Shown here: piece by piece, positions 27,612-35,884 of the stretch
Position numbering within the stretch: position 1 is the first letter of the stretch
Layout: the number at the start of each line of letters is the position of its first letter
Virus record (IMG/VR): IMGVR_UViG_3300023076_000001
Coordinates: 1-51,515 of that record
Reading direction: 5' to 3' (one strand)
Origin: a virus
Lineage: Duplodnaviria; Caudoviricetes
DNA length: 51,515 bases
Made by a program: the position numbers and the translations under genes
Notes under the pieces: model-generated
Told to the model about the DNA's origin: nothing
Databases searched by the model: none
The model's input: only the letters and a program-made list of their open reading frames with translations

Positions 27612-28231
27612 CCGAACTCCCCCTGATCGGTGGCCAGATCAACGCCAAGCACCCCCGCGACCTGTGTAGCGCGGCTCTTTGGCGATACCTGACCGAGTCG
27701 CCTGCTGCATCCGGCGCCGCAAACTCTGTGGCTTGGAACCCAAAGCTTCGGGAAGAGGTCAGGGACGTGCGCGAGCGGTTCCAGGCCATGACCGGCCCGA
27801 TTGGTGCGGAGAGGCTGCTAGAGCGGCTTGCTGCAATGGCTCCAGGGTACGGACTGCCCGATATGGACCCAGACACCCTAACCGGCCTGCTGCGGCCCTA
27901 CGTGGCCGAGTTGATGCACCTTCCCGTCGCCTGCTTTGAGGATGCCGTGGAGCGTTGGAACGCTGGCGAAGGGATGAAGAAGTCACCCGAGAGCGCGCGG
28001 TTCATCTTTCCGCGTCCAGACCAGTTGCACGCGCTGGCCAAGCCATCGCTAACCGAAATCGCAACCGCAGCCTGGCGCTTTCGTAAAGCTGTCGAGGCCA
28101 TCGAGAAGTTGCCGCCTCCCAAGCGCGAGCGGCCAACGAAAGCGGATCTGATCGCGCAGGGAATCCTAGACAGCGAGGGACGGGCGATCCTGACCAAGAC
28201 CGCGCCGGCCGATATTCCAGAGGCATTCTAA
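27608..28231 (+). CDS. Putative helicase loader-like protein (paralog 2)
   Basis: Y..EL..LP....DA..RW...FPRPDQL motif resembles 25689; ends PEAF. Confidence 0.5.
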   Translation: MTELPLIGGQINAKHPRDLCSAALWRYLTESPAASGAANSVAWNPKLREEVRDVRERFQAMTGPIGAERLLERLAAMAPGYGLPDMDPDTLTGLLRPYVAELMHLPVACFEDAVERWNAGEGMKKSPESARFIFPRPDQLHALAKPSLTEIATAAWRFRKAVEAIEKLPPPKRERPTKADLIAQGILDSEGRAILTKTAPADIPEAF

Positions 28232-28247
28232 CCAACCTATCGCCCAC

Positions 28248-28283
28248 AAAAAAGGCCGCTGAGCAAATCGCCAGCGGCCTTTT
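28248..28283. terminator. Bidirectional intrinsic terminator
   Basis: AAAAAAGGCCGCTG...CAGCGGCCTTTT between converging operons. Confidence 0.88.
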
Positions 28284-28299
28284 CATGTGTGGTTATTTC

Positions 28300-28497
28300 T
28301 TAGGGCTCGGTCTCTTTCTTTCGAGCATCCTCACAAGCCTTCCAGTACTCCTCCGACTTGACGAGGTGCCAAGCGAAAACATCATCGCCCGGCAGGCAGT
28401 CGGTAGCGCTAGCGAAGATCTGGGCTGCGTTAATGACTGTGCGCCATGCACGCGCTGCCTTTTCGCCAAAGAACTCCTCTGGGGTTGGCTTGCTCAT
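28300..28497 (-). CDS. Hypothetical protein
   Basis: ATGA coupling; last gene of the leftward operon. Confidence 0.6.
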   Translation of the reverse strand: MSKPTPEEFFGEKAARAWRTVINAAQIFASATDCLPGDDVFAWHLVKSEEYWKACEDARKKETEP

Positions 28498-29327
28498 CGC
28501 CCTTCCCCCTGGCTATCGGGGGTAGGCGCGGCGGCGAGGGGTTCGAACCGGCCATCATAGAACTCAGGCTCTGGCCGCGCCCACATGCGGCCATCCTCGC
28601 CGCGATAAACGATCACCTCTTCTTCGTCCTCAAGGACCACATCGGAGGCGATCTGAACCACGGCGGTCCCTACAATCTCATAGGACGTCCCGCGCACCTT
28701 ATGACGGTGCGTCGGCTTCCACCCATCCCCAATAGCTGGGGCCTCGGAGTTCTTTGCATGGCTTGCAAACTTCTCGGCCTTGGAGGGGGCGGGAGGGGTG
28801 TTGATCGCGTTAGCGAGGGCGAGCGACGAGGCGCGCATCGCAGCCTCCCGGCCCTGGGGCCATGATGCGTCGAAAGCGGCCCGACAACGGCGGTAGACGT
28901 CGGCAGCAGCGTAGCCGCTCCCGTCGGTCAGGTGATCGCCTTCGAAGTCACTCCAGGCGGTCTCGCGCTCATCGTCTCGCGGCTCGTCTTCCCCCTCAGG
29001 GTTCGCGGCCTTAACCGGCTTGGCCAAGCTCATGACGACGCAGCCGGGAATAGCGAACGGGCCATCGTCCAAGATGAACGAGACCAAGCGGCTGACCTCG
29101 TCGCCGCTGTAGACCTCGCCATGAGGGCTGTACTCCAACAGGCGCAGCGTGTCGCCGACGCGGAAATCTCGGTCGTTCTTGCGGATCTCGAACCGCTTGT
29201 CGCCGCGCTTCACAGCCTGAAAATACTCAGGCCAGGTCTTCAGATCGTGCGTGATCGGCTCGCGTACTTCCCGTGGGCTCGCGCCCTTCGCCTCTCCCGT
29301 TGAGGCCGGGGTGGTGGGGGTGGTCAT
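28494..29327 (-). CDS. ASCH/PUA (DUF3850) domain fused to a DUF1653-like domain
   Basis: HDLKTWPEYFQAVKRGDKRFEIRKNDRDFRVGD; C-terminal HKVRGTSYEIVG..VIVYRGEDGRMWARP..F. Confidence 0.8.
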   Translation of the reverse strand: MTTPTTPASTGEAKGASPREVREPITHDLKTWPEYFQAVKRGDKRFEIRKNDRDFRVGDTLRLLEYSPHGEVYSGDEVSRLVSFILDDGPFAIPGCVVMSLAKPVKAANPEGEDEPRDDERETAWSDFEGDHLTDGSGYAAADVYRRCRAAFDASWPQGREAAMRASSLALANAINTPPAPSKAEKFASHAKNSEAPAIGDGWKPTHRHKVRGTSYEIVGTAVVQIASDVVLEDEEEVIVYRGEDGRMWARPEPEFYDGRFEPLAAAPTPDSQGEGR

Positions 29328-29543
29328 CTACCAAACCTTCCGAGTGAGGAGCGCGCTGATTTCCTTGGCGCACTCGGTGTTGCGGTGGCGGTTGCAGATC
29401 GCTTGGACCTCGGCGAACACGTCTTCGATGGCGTGAACGCGGTTGGCGTCCTTGAGGATCGCCTTCGCCAGCATTTCCGCTGATGACGCGGACATTTCCA
29501 CGCTCGCGGCCTTGGGCTGAACACCCTGGTTGTTGTCGGTCAT
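29328..29543 (-). CDS. Hypothetical protein
   Basis: Tight operon packing. Confidence 0.55.
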   Translation of the reverse strand: MTDNNQGVQPKAASVEMSASSAEMLAKAILKDANRVHAIEDVFAEVQAICNRHRNTECAKEISALLTRKVW

Positions 29544-29547
29544 GGCT

Positions 29548-29733
29548 CTAGGGCTTTCCGTGAAGGGGTGGGCGACCCATGATCAGGTCTTCAAAGACGA
29601 CTCGCTGCTCCCGGAGCGCGATGATTGCGGGCGTCATCTGGACCGGCTGGGCGGTCTCGACGCGCTCAATTGCTCCACGAAGCCGGTCCCAGGCTTCTGC
29701 GATTTCAAGAATGTCTGGCGTATGTCGGGCCAC
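29548..29733 (-). CDS. Hypothetical protein
   Basis: GGAG RBS; operon packing. Confidence 0.55.
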   Translation of the reverse strand: MARHTPDILEIAEAWDRLRGAIERVETAQPVQMTPAIIALREQRVVFEDLIMGRPPLHGKP

Positions 29734-29736
29734 GCC

Positions 29737-30180
29737 TCACTCCTCCGACTGAAGAAGGGCGCGGCCGGCGACCTCGTCGGGGTTGACCCAGATTGATCGA
29801 AGGGTCGCCGCTAGGGCCGTCAGGCCTTCGGGCGTGTCGATGTGATAGGAGCCGATCGCGAAGCCGTGAGCCCATTCGAGGGGTGACGGACACCCGCAAT
29901 GCCCATCGACACGGACGACTTTTCCATGGGTGGCGTGTAGCCGTTCGGCGACGTCTGGCGGAATGCCCGGCCCCTTAGCGCGCCAGTAGTACCAAGCGCG
30001 TTCAAACGACCACATGGATAGACCGCCCATGCACTTCGAGGGAACTTCGCTTGTGCCATACAGACCGCCGAAGACGTGGGGTTTGATTCCTGCGGCCTCT
30101 AATTCGGCCTTGCAGATCGCCGTGACCGCTTCGATTTCTTCTGGCGACGGGTCATGTCGCGCAAGGTTTGGGAAGCTCAT
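29737..30180 (-). CDS. Conserved hypothetical phage protein
   Basis: WSFERAWYYW..G..VRVDGHCG...YHIDTPEGL. Confidence 0.75.
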   Translation of the reverse strand: MSFPNLARHDPSPEEIEAVTAICKAELEAAGIKPHVFGGLYGTSEVPSKCMGGLSMWSFERAWYYWRAKGPGIPPDVAERLHATHGKVVRVDGHCGCPSPLEWAHGFAIGSYHIDTPEGLTALAATLRSIWVNPDEVAGRALLQSEE

Positions 30181-30183
30181 GGC

Positions 30184-30489
30184 CTATTCCTTGGTCTGAA
30201 CTGGGGAGAGGAGGGCGTCGATCTGTTCCCGGATGATGTCGTCCATCACCTCCCGAGCCATCACATTCATGGCGGGCTGCAGCGAGCGCAGGATGTCGCG
30301 CATCTTTTGCAGCCCCGCCTCAAGCTCCCCAATCCGAGCCCGCGCCAACTCCAGCGCTTCGGCCTGGGCTTCCGTGGCCTTCAGGTATCCGGCCTCGAAT
30401 GCCTCTATCCGCGTCCCCTTTCCGGAGCCGGGAGCGCGCTCATTCAGGTAGTCCAGCGCCAGCCGTTGAATGTCAGGTGACAGGCCCAT
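30184..30489 (-). CDS. Hypothetical coiled-coil protein
   Basis: TGATG coupling; AFEAGY motif. Confidence 0.6.
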   Translation of the reverse strand: MGLSPDIQRLALDYLNERAPGSGKGTRIEAFEAGYLKATEAQAEALELARARIGELEAGLQKMRDILRSLQPAMNVMAREVMDDIIREQIDALLSPVQTKE

Positions 30490-31181
30490 CACGCACCCCC
30501 TTCCGGCTTTGTGGGTTGGATGGAGAGGGCGGTGTGAACCGTGGCGAGGATGGCCCGAGCACGGATGATCGACCGCTCCCACGCCCAATCGTAGAACCAC
30601 TCGTAATCGAAGGCGTCAGGCGGAACCTCAAGCGTGACGAGGGGGTCCTTGTAGTGGGTGCAGATCAGGCGCGCGATCTTCTCCTCAAGGCTCAGCGTGG
30701 AGAGCGTCGCTGCGGCCTCCTGCATCTGGCCATAGTTCCCGCGATTGCCGCTCCAGGCTTGATCCGGGATCACACCGGTAGCGGGCTTCAGCAGTTCTTC
30801 CAGCCGGGCAGCGCGGGCCTCTGAAGCAGTGGCGCGGGCTACAACGGCCGATATCGCAGCGTCCCAATCGTTCCGGTATTGCCCACCGTCAGCCACCTTG
30901 AGGGCTTTCGCGAAATGAGCCTCTCGCGCTCTGAAGTTCTTGTTCTCCTCCTCCGCAGCCGTAAGGGCAGAGCGTAGAGAGGCGATGGTCGCCGTTGCGG
31001 TCTCGTCGTGCGAGAGGCTGGCGGCGAAGGTGAGACCGACGCGCTCATAGTCGGTCCGCGCGTCATCCGGCAACATGCTCCACATTCCTAGAACGAGGAT
31101 GGCCTGGCGGGTCCAGACCGCGTCAGCCAGCTTCTCGCCGAGGCTCTTCCCCTCTACCGTCGCTTGGTCCTGGGCCTTCAT
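30489..31181 (-). CDS. Hypothetical mosaic early protein
   Basis: AAGGA RBS; coiled-coil middle region. Confidence 0.65.
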   Translation of the reverse strand: MKAQDQATVEGKSLGEKLADAVWTRQAILVLGMWSMLPDDARTDYERVGLTFAASLSHDETATATIASLRSALTAAEEENKNFRAREAHFAKALKVADGGQYRNDWDAAISAVVARATASEARAARLEELLKPATGVIPDQAWSGNRGNYGQMQEAAATLSTLSLEEKIARLICTHYKDPLVTLEVPPDAFDYEWFYDWAWERSIIRARAILATVHTALSIQPTKPEGGA

Positions 31182-31252
31182 GGTTGGTTCCTTTTTGGCT
31201 GTGTCGGGCAGCGACCCGACGTATGGACGATAGCCTCAAGCGATGCTGTAGT

Positions 31253-31687
31253 CTAGCGCTTTGAGAACGAGCGCTTGGGCCAGGGCTTGGGCGTGTCAGG
31301 CTTCTGAAACCCGCGTGACGGGATGGTCTTGGCCGATTGGATCTTGGCTTTTCGCTTCACGGGCTCGGGCGGCGGTATATATCCGGGAGGGCAAACGACG
31401 AGATGGCCGCTCTCGATAAGCCAACGCATTGTTGCACGGTGGGCGGCTTCCCAGAGGTTAAACCTGACTATCGGGTCTCCGGGGCCGACATCTACGAACG
31501 CATGGCATTTGGCGCACAGGAAGGCGATAGCGGCGTCGCTGGCCTTGATCCCCATGCCTTTCCCATCCCGCCCCTGATTGCTATGGGCCGATACGACGTC
31601 GCCCTCGTTAGGCTTGTGGCACGACAGGGCCATGCAGCGCGGCGCTTGGCGGGCGATGTCCAGTAGCGCGCGGCAACGAAAGGTCAC
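31253..31687 (-). CDS. DUF1364/YbcO-like Zn-binding nuclease-domain protein
   Basis: C...C..VVSAHSN..GKGMGIKASD..AFLCAKCH. Confidence 0.8.
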   Translation of the reverse strand: MTFRCRALLDIARQAPRCMALSCHKPNEGDVVSAHSNQGRDGKGMGIKASDAAIAFLCAKCHAFVDVGPGDPIVRFNLWEAAHRATMRWLIESGHLVVCPPGYIPPPEPVKRKAKIQSAKTIPSRGFQKPDTPKPWPKRSFSKR

Positions 31688-31944
31688 GCCGCCTCCGCAT
31701 CTTCGGCCCGCGCCGCGTCTTGATCCTTGATCGACTGCAGCAACATGCGCCGCATCGTCAGGGCCTTTTCCGCGACCTCTAGGGCAAGGTCTGCGGCCTG
31801 GCTGACTGCGGCCTCAGTGGCCCCTTGACGGCCAAGGCGTGAGCCTAGAGCGCGCCCGTGGTTCTCGACCTGATTGGCCAGGGCGCGGACCTCTTCAGGG
31901 ACGAAGTATCGGCCGGCGCCGACTGCGAAGGGCGGAAGGGTCAT
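31684..31944 (-). CDS. Hypothetical protein
   Basis: Coupled stop/start overlaps. Confidence 0.6.
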   Translation of the reverse strand: MTLPPFAVGAGRYFVPEEVRALANQVENHGRALGSRLGRQGATEAAVSQAADLALEVAEKALTMRRMLLQSIKDQDAARAEDAEAA

Positions 31945-32396
31945 CAGTTCGGCTCCGCGTAGAAGATGGATTCGCGCGGCGCGATGTTCTGAACCGCACG
32001 GTTGAAGGCCATCCCGAGCGCGGCGACCTTGTCGGCGGCATAGGTCGGGAAATAGGCGTCGCGGTCATCGCGGTTGACGAGATTGGCGAAAGCTCCGTGT
32101 TCCTCGTCGTTGCGAACGAGCCACGTCCAGTTTGGAAGTCGCTCCTCGATTTGGGCGATGACGCTTTCGAGCGTCGGCGGCGGGGTCGGGTGGATGGGGA
32201 AATCGTTCTTTTGCTGGGGCGTCATGGTCTCTTGCTCCTTGAGGTATGCGAGGGCTTCGGCTTTGCCCTTTTGGGCCTCGTCCCAGGTCGCGTAAGCTTC
32301 CCAGAGCGTGCGGTCGATCAACTCGCCTTGGCGGTGGATGATGACCCGATAGCGGTTTTCGCCAAGCTGGCGTTCTTCGATCTCGACGTGTGCCAT
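31944..32396 (-). CDS. Hypothetical protein (possible internal start at 32225)
   Basis: MAHVEIEE...; internal AAGGAG before MTPQQK. Confidence 0.55.
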   Translation of the reverse strand: MAHVEIEERQLGENRYRVIIHRQGELIDRTLWEAYATWDEAQKGKAEALAYLKEQETMTPQQKNDFPIHPTPPPTLESVIAQIEERLPNWTWLVRNDEEHGAFANLVNRDDRDAYFPTYAADKVAALGMAFNRAVQNIAPRESIFYAEPN

Positions 32397-32397
32397 T

Positions 32398-32595
32398 TCA
32401 GTGGGAATCCTTAGGGGTGATGGCGACGCAGACGAAGCGAGGCCCCTCCTGCTGGTCGGCGTGATCGGCATCGTAATCAAAGTCGTCCTCGTCCTCGATG
32501 TCATCCGTCCAGCATTCGGGGTGAGGGCAATGATCGCACCCGCAGCCCGAAAAGCCGTCATACCCGCAGCAAAGGAAGCCGCACGCGTTGCACAT
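32398..32595 (-). CDS. Cys-rich acidic microprotein
   Basis: AGGAG RBS; 8 Cys in the first 28 aa, then DDIEDEDDFDYD. Confidence 0.7.
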   Translation of the reverse strand: MCNACGFLCCGYDGFSGCGCDHCPHPECWTDDIEDEDDFDYDADHADQQEGPRFVCVAITPKDSH

Positions 32596-32631
32596 TTTCA
32601 GGTCTCCTAGACAGTTGAGAGGTGAGGGGGC

Positions 32632-32886
32632 TCATCCCCGTGGGGGTGGGGCTAGGCCAGCGCACTTCGGGCAGGGTTCGTCCCATCCGTGGGCCTGTTC
32701 GAAATTGACCGTGCCGACGCCGTGACACATCGGGCAGCGGTTTACGTAGGCGATCAGGCCCTTGAGAAACTCGTTGATCTGATGGTCCTGCGTCACCCGA
32801 AGGTCGGCATTGGCGTTGAACACGCGGCTAAGACGTTGAGCGTCTTCAGCGGTGATCGTAGGGAGCGTGATGGCCTTGCCCATCAC
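32632..32886 (-). CDS. Small protein with DnaJ-type Zn finger
   Basis: CPMCHGVG...CPKCAG. Confidence 0.7.
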   Translation of the reverse strand: MMGKAITLPTITAEDAQRLSRVFNANADLRVTQDHQINEFLKGLIAYVNRCPMCHGVGTVNFEQAHGWDEPCPKCAGLAPPPRG

Positions 32887-33188
32887 GTGGCCTCCGACAC
32901 TTCAGCCAGCAGCGTCTCGATGGCGCTTTCGGCGAGGAAGTCGGCGATGTTGGCTAGCAGCTTCTGCTTGGCCTCGGACGCCAGACCTGCCAGCAGATCG
33001 ACGCGGGTCCATCCGCCAGCGCAGCGGCGCAGTCCGGCAATGCTCGTGACCTCGACGTCTTCCATGGTGTCGGGCTCGGCCGGCGTGCCGCCGCAAGCGT
33101 AGGATGGGCCGGTTTCGGGAGAGCCGGGGAAAAACGCGCCCGACAGGGTGACCTCGACCTCGAAAGAGTCGGTAGCTCGTACTTGCAT
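32883..33188 (-). CDS. Hypothetical acidic protein
   Basis: AGGAG RBS; GPSYACGGTPAEP motif. Confidence 0.7.
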   Translation of the reverse strand: MQVRATDSFEVEVTLSGAFFPGSPETGPSYACGGTPAEPDTMEDVEVTSIAGLRRCAGGWTRVDLLAGLASEAKQKLLANIADFLAESAIETLLAEVSEAT

Positions 33189-33217
33189 CTCAGTATCTCC
33201 TATTCTGGCGGGAGGGG

Positions 33218-33601
33218 TTAGGTGGGGCCGTCATAACCAAGGCCATCAAACCTGGACTCGGCTAGGCAAAGCCAATGCATGCCTTCGCTGGCCATTTCCG
33301 ACCACTTCATGCACTCGCGAGCGCCGCGCAGAAGCTCCTCGACCTGGGACAGGCGCGGAGATGCGGCCTCCAGTGTCGCCACCTTTGAAGCGCGCTCGGC
33401 TCTGAGCTTTTCAGTTTCGCCGCCGATACGTTCGACTTGGTCGATCTTGCTGGCGAGGGTAACGATGGCGTCTCGGGCGGCGGGACCCGCAACCTCAAGA
33501 AGCTTGGCCTCCTCGCGCATCAGCCTCGTCACCATCTCGTGGTAATGATGGTTGCGGTCGCGGAGAGCGGACCGCATCTCGCCGCGCTTCCAGCCGGTCA
33601 T
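33218..33601 (-). CDS. Hypothetical coiled-coil protein
   Basis: Operon coupling. Confidence 0.6.
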   Translation of the reverse strand: MTGWKRGEMRSALRDRNHHYHEMVTRLMREEAKLLEVAGPAARDAIVTLASKIDQVERIGGETEKLRAERASKVATLEAASPRLSQVEELLRGARECMKWSEMASEGMHWLCLAESRFDGLGYDGPT

Positions 33602-33810
33602 TGATCAGCCTTCCCCGCCTCGTAGGCCGCCATGTGGCGCGCGCCAGTCAGCGGGCTTTCGCCCATTTCGTACATGCCGTGAGCGTCGCCGAACATGGCA
33701 TCCGGAACGCCGAGCTTGGCGCACTCGGCGTTGAGCATCGGCCACCAGTCGATGAACTTGGTGTTCACGTAGGTGCGCTGGGTTTCGAGCTTGCGGAGAG
33801 CGGCTGTCAT
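33598..33810 (-). CDS. Hypothetical protein
   Basis: GGAAGG RBS. Confidence 0.6.
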   Translation of the reverse strand: MTAALRKLETQRTYVNTKFIDWWPMLNAECAKLGVPDAMFGDAHGMYEMGESPLTGARHMAAYEAGKADQ

Positions 33811-33847
33811 GTCGGTTGCCTTCCAATCGTGTATAGAGGTTGAAGAG

Positions 33848-34144
33848 TTAGGCGGTGAAGCGGGCGGCTTTGGCGCGCTTGATCTGGCGCCGGATCATCT
33901 TGAGGTGCGAGAACAGCGCGGCGCGCACGGCGCGGCGGTCATCGTGGCCCCAGCATTCGAGATTGAACGCGGCGTCGCAGCGCTCGACCATCAGCGAATG
34001 ATAGGCCGTGGCATAGCGATGGGCGATGAAGCCGTCAGCAGCTCGCAGGCGGGCGAGGGCGGCGTCGCGGCGAACCATGAGGCGGCTGCGCGGGTTGGCC
34101 ATGACCTTAGCGGTGTGGGCTTCGATGTCGGCGAGGGTGGTCAT
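33848..34144 (-). CDS. Hypothetical basic early protein
   Basis: GAGAG RBS; first gene of the leftward operon. Confidence 0.6.
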   Translation of the reverse strand: MTTLADIEAHTAKVMANPRSRLMVRRDAALARLRAADGFIAHRYATAYHSLMVERCDAAFNLECWGHDDRRAVRAALFSHLKMIRRQIKRAKAARFTA

Positions 34145-34179
34145 TTTGGTTCTCTCTGGCTGTAGGGGCGGCGACCCCG

Positions 34180-34275
34180 TGACCCGAATAAAGCATGAGT
34201 GTAGGTGTGGACGCAAGCGATAAAACATCACTGTAGCGGATTGACACCGGGAAAGGCTGGGCGAATTATCATGGC
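34180..34275. promoter_or_regulatory. Divergent early promoter region
   Basis: Minus strand TTGCGT..TTTATT; plus strand TTGACA at 34241; two CAT-N3-TGTAG boxes (34194, 34226). Confidence 0.55.
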
Positions 34276-34407
34276 ATTGAAGTGTTAGGTTTTGGCCTGA
34301 AGTTTCCTTGAACCCCGGAGAGACCACCATGCATCCCGGCGGCTAAATCCGCCCACAAGCCGAAGCACCTTCAGTAAGCCCCCGATCATGGTCGGGGGTT
34401 TTGTTTT
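34275..34407 (+). ncRNA. Putative structured sRNA containing minigene MHPGG
   Basis: Promoter upstream; 34276-34296 pairs with 34351-34375; GGAGA RBS plus ATG CAT CCC GGC GGC TAA (34329-34346); terminator at the end. Confidence 0.5.
34376..34407 (+). terminator. Intrinsic terminator
   Basis: CCCCCGA-TCATGG-TCGGGGG-TTTTGTTTT. Confidence 0.85.
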
Positions 34408-34447
34408 GTCCGTTGACAACAGTATCGCTTACCGACATTCATGGCCC

Positions 34448-34822
34448 GTGGATGTTCGCCGACCTCCCCCACTCCGACAGTCGGTGAATCATCGCGAGAG
34501 GCCCGCCAACCGCGCCCAATCCGACATGTTCGGTGCGACGAGCAAACGGCCCCTGGGACCTAGAGAACCCCAGGACAAGCCGTGGAAACGCGGGCCTCTC
34601 CATCAATCGGGATCGCCGTCCCAGAGGAAAGCCATGACCAGAGCCACGCGCCCCAAAATTCTCGCCTATCTAGGCACCGGCCCGAAGACTATCGAACAGG
34701 TCGCAGACCATTTTCTGATGCGTTACGGATCGACCGTAGCCATGTTGGGGCGCGCATGTGATCGAGGCATGATCCGAGTTCGCCGAGAAGGTGGCCGCAA
34801 TGTGTACGAGGCCAAACCATGA
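34448..34822 (+). CDS. Winged-HTH DNA-binding protein (start uncertain; alternatives 34526 and 34634)
   Basis: KILAYLGTGPKTIEQVADHF..L...GMI....G..VY; TTGACA promoter at 34413. Confidence 0.6.
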   Translation: MDVRRPPPLRQSVNHRERPANRAQSDMFGATSKRPLGPREPQDKPWKRGPLHQSGSPSQRKAMTRATRPKILAYLGTGPKTIEQVADHFLMRYGSTVAMLGRACDRGMIRVRREGGRNVYEAKP

Positions 34823-35190
34823 CCGAGACCATGCGAGAGCGGTTGATCGCGGCTTTCTTGGCTGAGACTAAGCGACAGGGCGTCTGGACATACTTTCATG
34901 AGTGGGACGACGAGGCCCCTGTAGAAATCCCATCGGCCCACAAAATGCACATTCAAAGCGAGGTTGAGGGTGGCGGCTTGGATGCATATGCACTACTCGA
35001 CGCCATCCTGGCCGAGCTGCGGGAGCCTGATGCGGACACCGTCCAAGCGGTCGCGCGAGCTATCGGCCTGGAAGACAGCGGGACCGACATCGAATTGATC
35101 GACGAAGGCAGAGGCTCGCATCAAACTTATACCGCCTGCGCTAAGGCCGGGATCGCCGCCATGATTGATGCCATAAGGGTCAAGCCATGA
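34819..35190 (+). CDS. Hypothetical protein
   Basis: AILAELREP..AMIDA motif common in alphaproteobacterial phages. Confidence 0.7.
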   Translation: MTETMRERLIAAFLAETKRQGVWTYFHEWDDEAPVEIPSAHKMHIQSEVEGGGLDAYALLDAILAELREPDADTVQAVARAIGLEDSGTDIELIDEGRGSHQTYTACAKAGIAAMIDAIRVKP

Positions 35191-35312
35191 CCCACAAAGA
35201 CCTTTCCCCACACGCCAAGGCCGACCCGCGCCAAGCCCGCTATGAGGTCGCCCGCCGTGCGTTCCAAGCCCTTCATGGGCGCGTTATCAAGCGCATGGAC
35301 ACCAACCGTTGA
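35187..35312 (+). CDS. Unannotated 41-aa basic peptide
   Basis: ATGA coupling; MTHKDLSPHAKADPRQARYEVARRAF... Confidence 0.4.
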   Translation: MTHKDLSPHAKADPRQARYEVARRAFQALHGRVIKRMDTNR

Positions 35313-35362
35313 CCCTCACCAACCGCCAAGCCGCATCCCGCGCCATATGGGCCAAGAGGAAG

Positions 35363-35533
35363 ATGAAAACGACCCCCTTCGATCCCGCCGACTACATCGA
35401 CAACGAAGAGGCCGCAGGCTTCTTCCTCGCGGAAGCACAAGCCACGGGCGATGAGCGCTTTATCGAGGACGCTAAGGCCGTCGTTGAACGCGCCCGTAAA
35501 CGCTGGCTAGACGAAACCGAAAAGCCGTCGTAA
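35363..35533 (+). CDS. Truncated HI1420-family antitoxin-like protein (N-terminal half only)
   Basis: GAGGA RBS; MKTTPFDPADYIDNEEA..FFLAEA..TGD..FI.DA..VV.RAR. Confidence 0.7.
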   Translation: MKTTPFDPADYIDNEEAAGFFLAEAQATGDERFIEDAKAVVERARKRWLDETEKPS

Positions 35534-35645
35534 CGTCTCCATCGCCCCTCTAGGCGCTTTGCCACCTGTGTTCTCCCGGAGCCGTCGTCCTTAGTTGGGC
35601 GGCGGCTTTGGTCGTTTTGGTCTCCGAAAATCTCGGCAAAACATC

Positions 35646-35692
35646 CATGGTATATGGACTGAGTACAAGATTGATGTATTTCATACACCATG
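35646..35692. promoter_or_regulatory. Imperfect inverted repeat (operator) overlapping the start of the XRE gene
   Basis: CATGGTATATGGA ... TTCATACACCATG (11/13 match). Confidence 0.5.
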
Positions 35693-35884
35693 AAAGCCAG
35701 AGAACTCCGCATCGCCCTTGCCGAAATCGGCATATCCCAGGCTGAGCTAGCTCGCATCTTGGGCCGATCCGCCAACACCGTAACAGGATGGGTCAACTCC
35801 GACTCCATGCCGCCAGAGGTCCGGTTGTTTTGCCGTGTCGCCAAAGACCACGGCCTCGCCTATGCGAAGGCTGCCGTCCAATGA
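35690..35884 (+). CDS. XRE/Cro-like HTH regulator
   Basis: LAEIGISQAELARILGRSANTVTGW. Confidence 0.88.
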   Translation: MKARELRIALAEIGISQAELARILGRSANTVTGWVNSDSMPPEVRLFCRVAKDHGLAYAKAAVQ

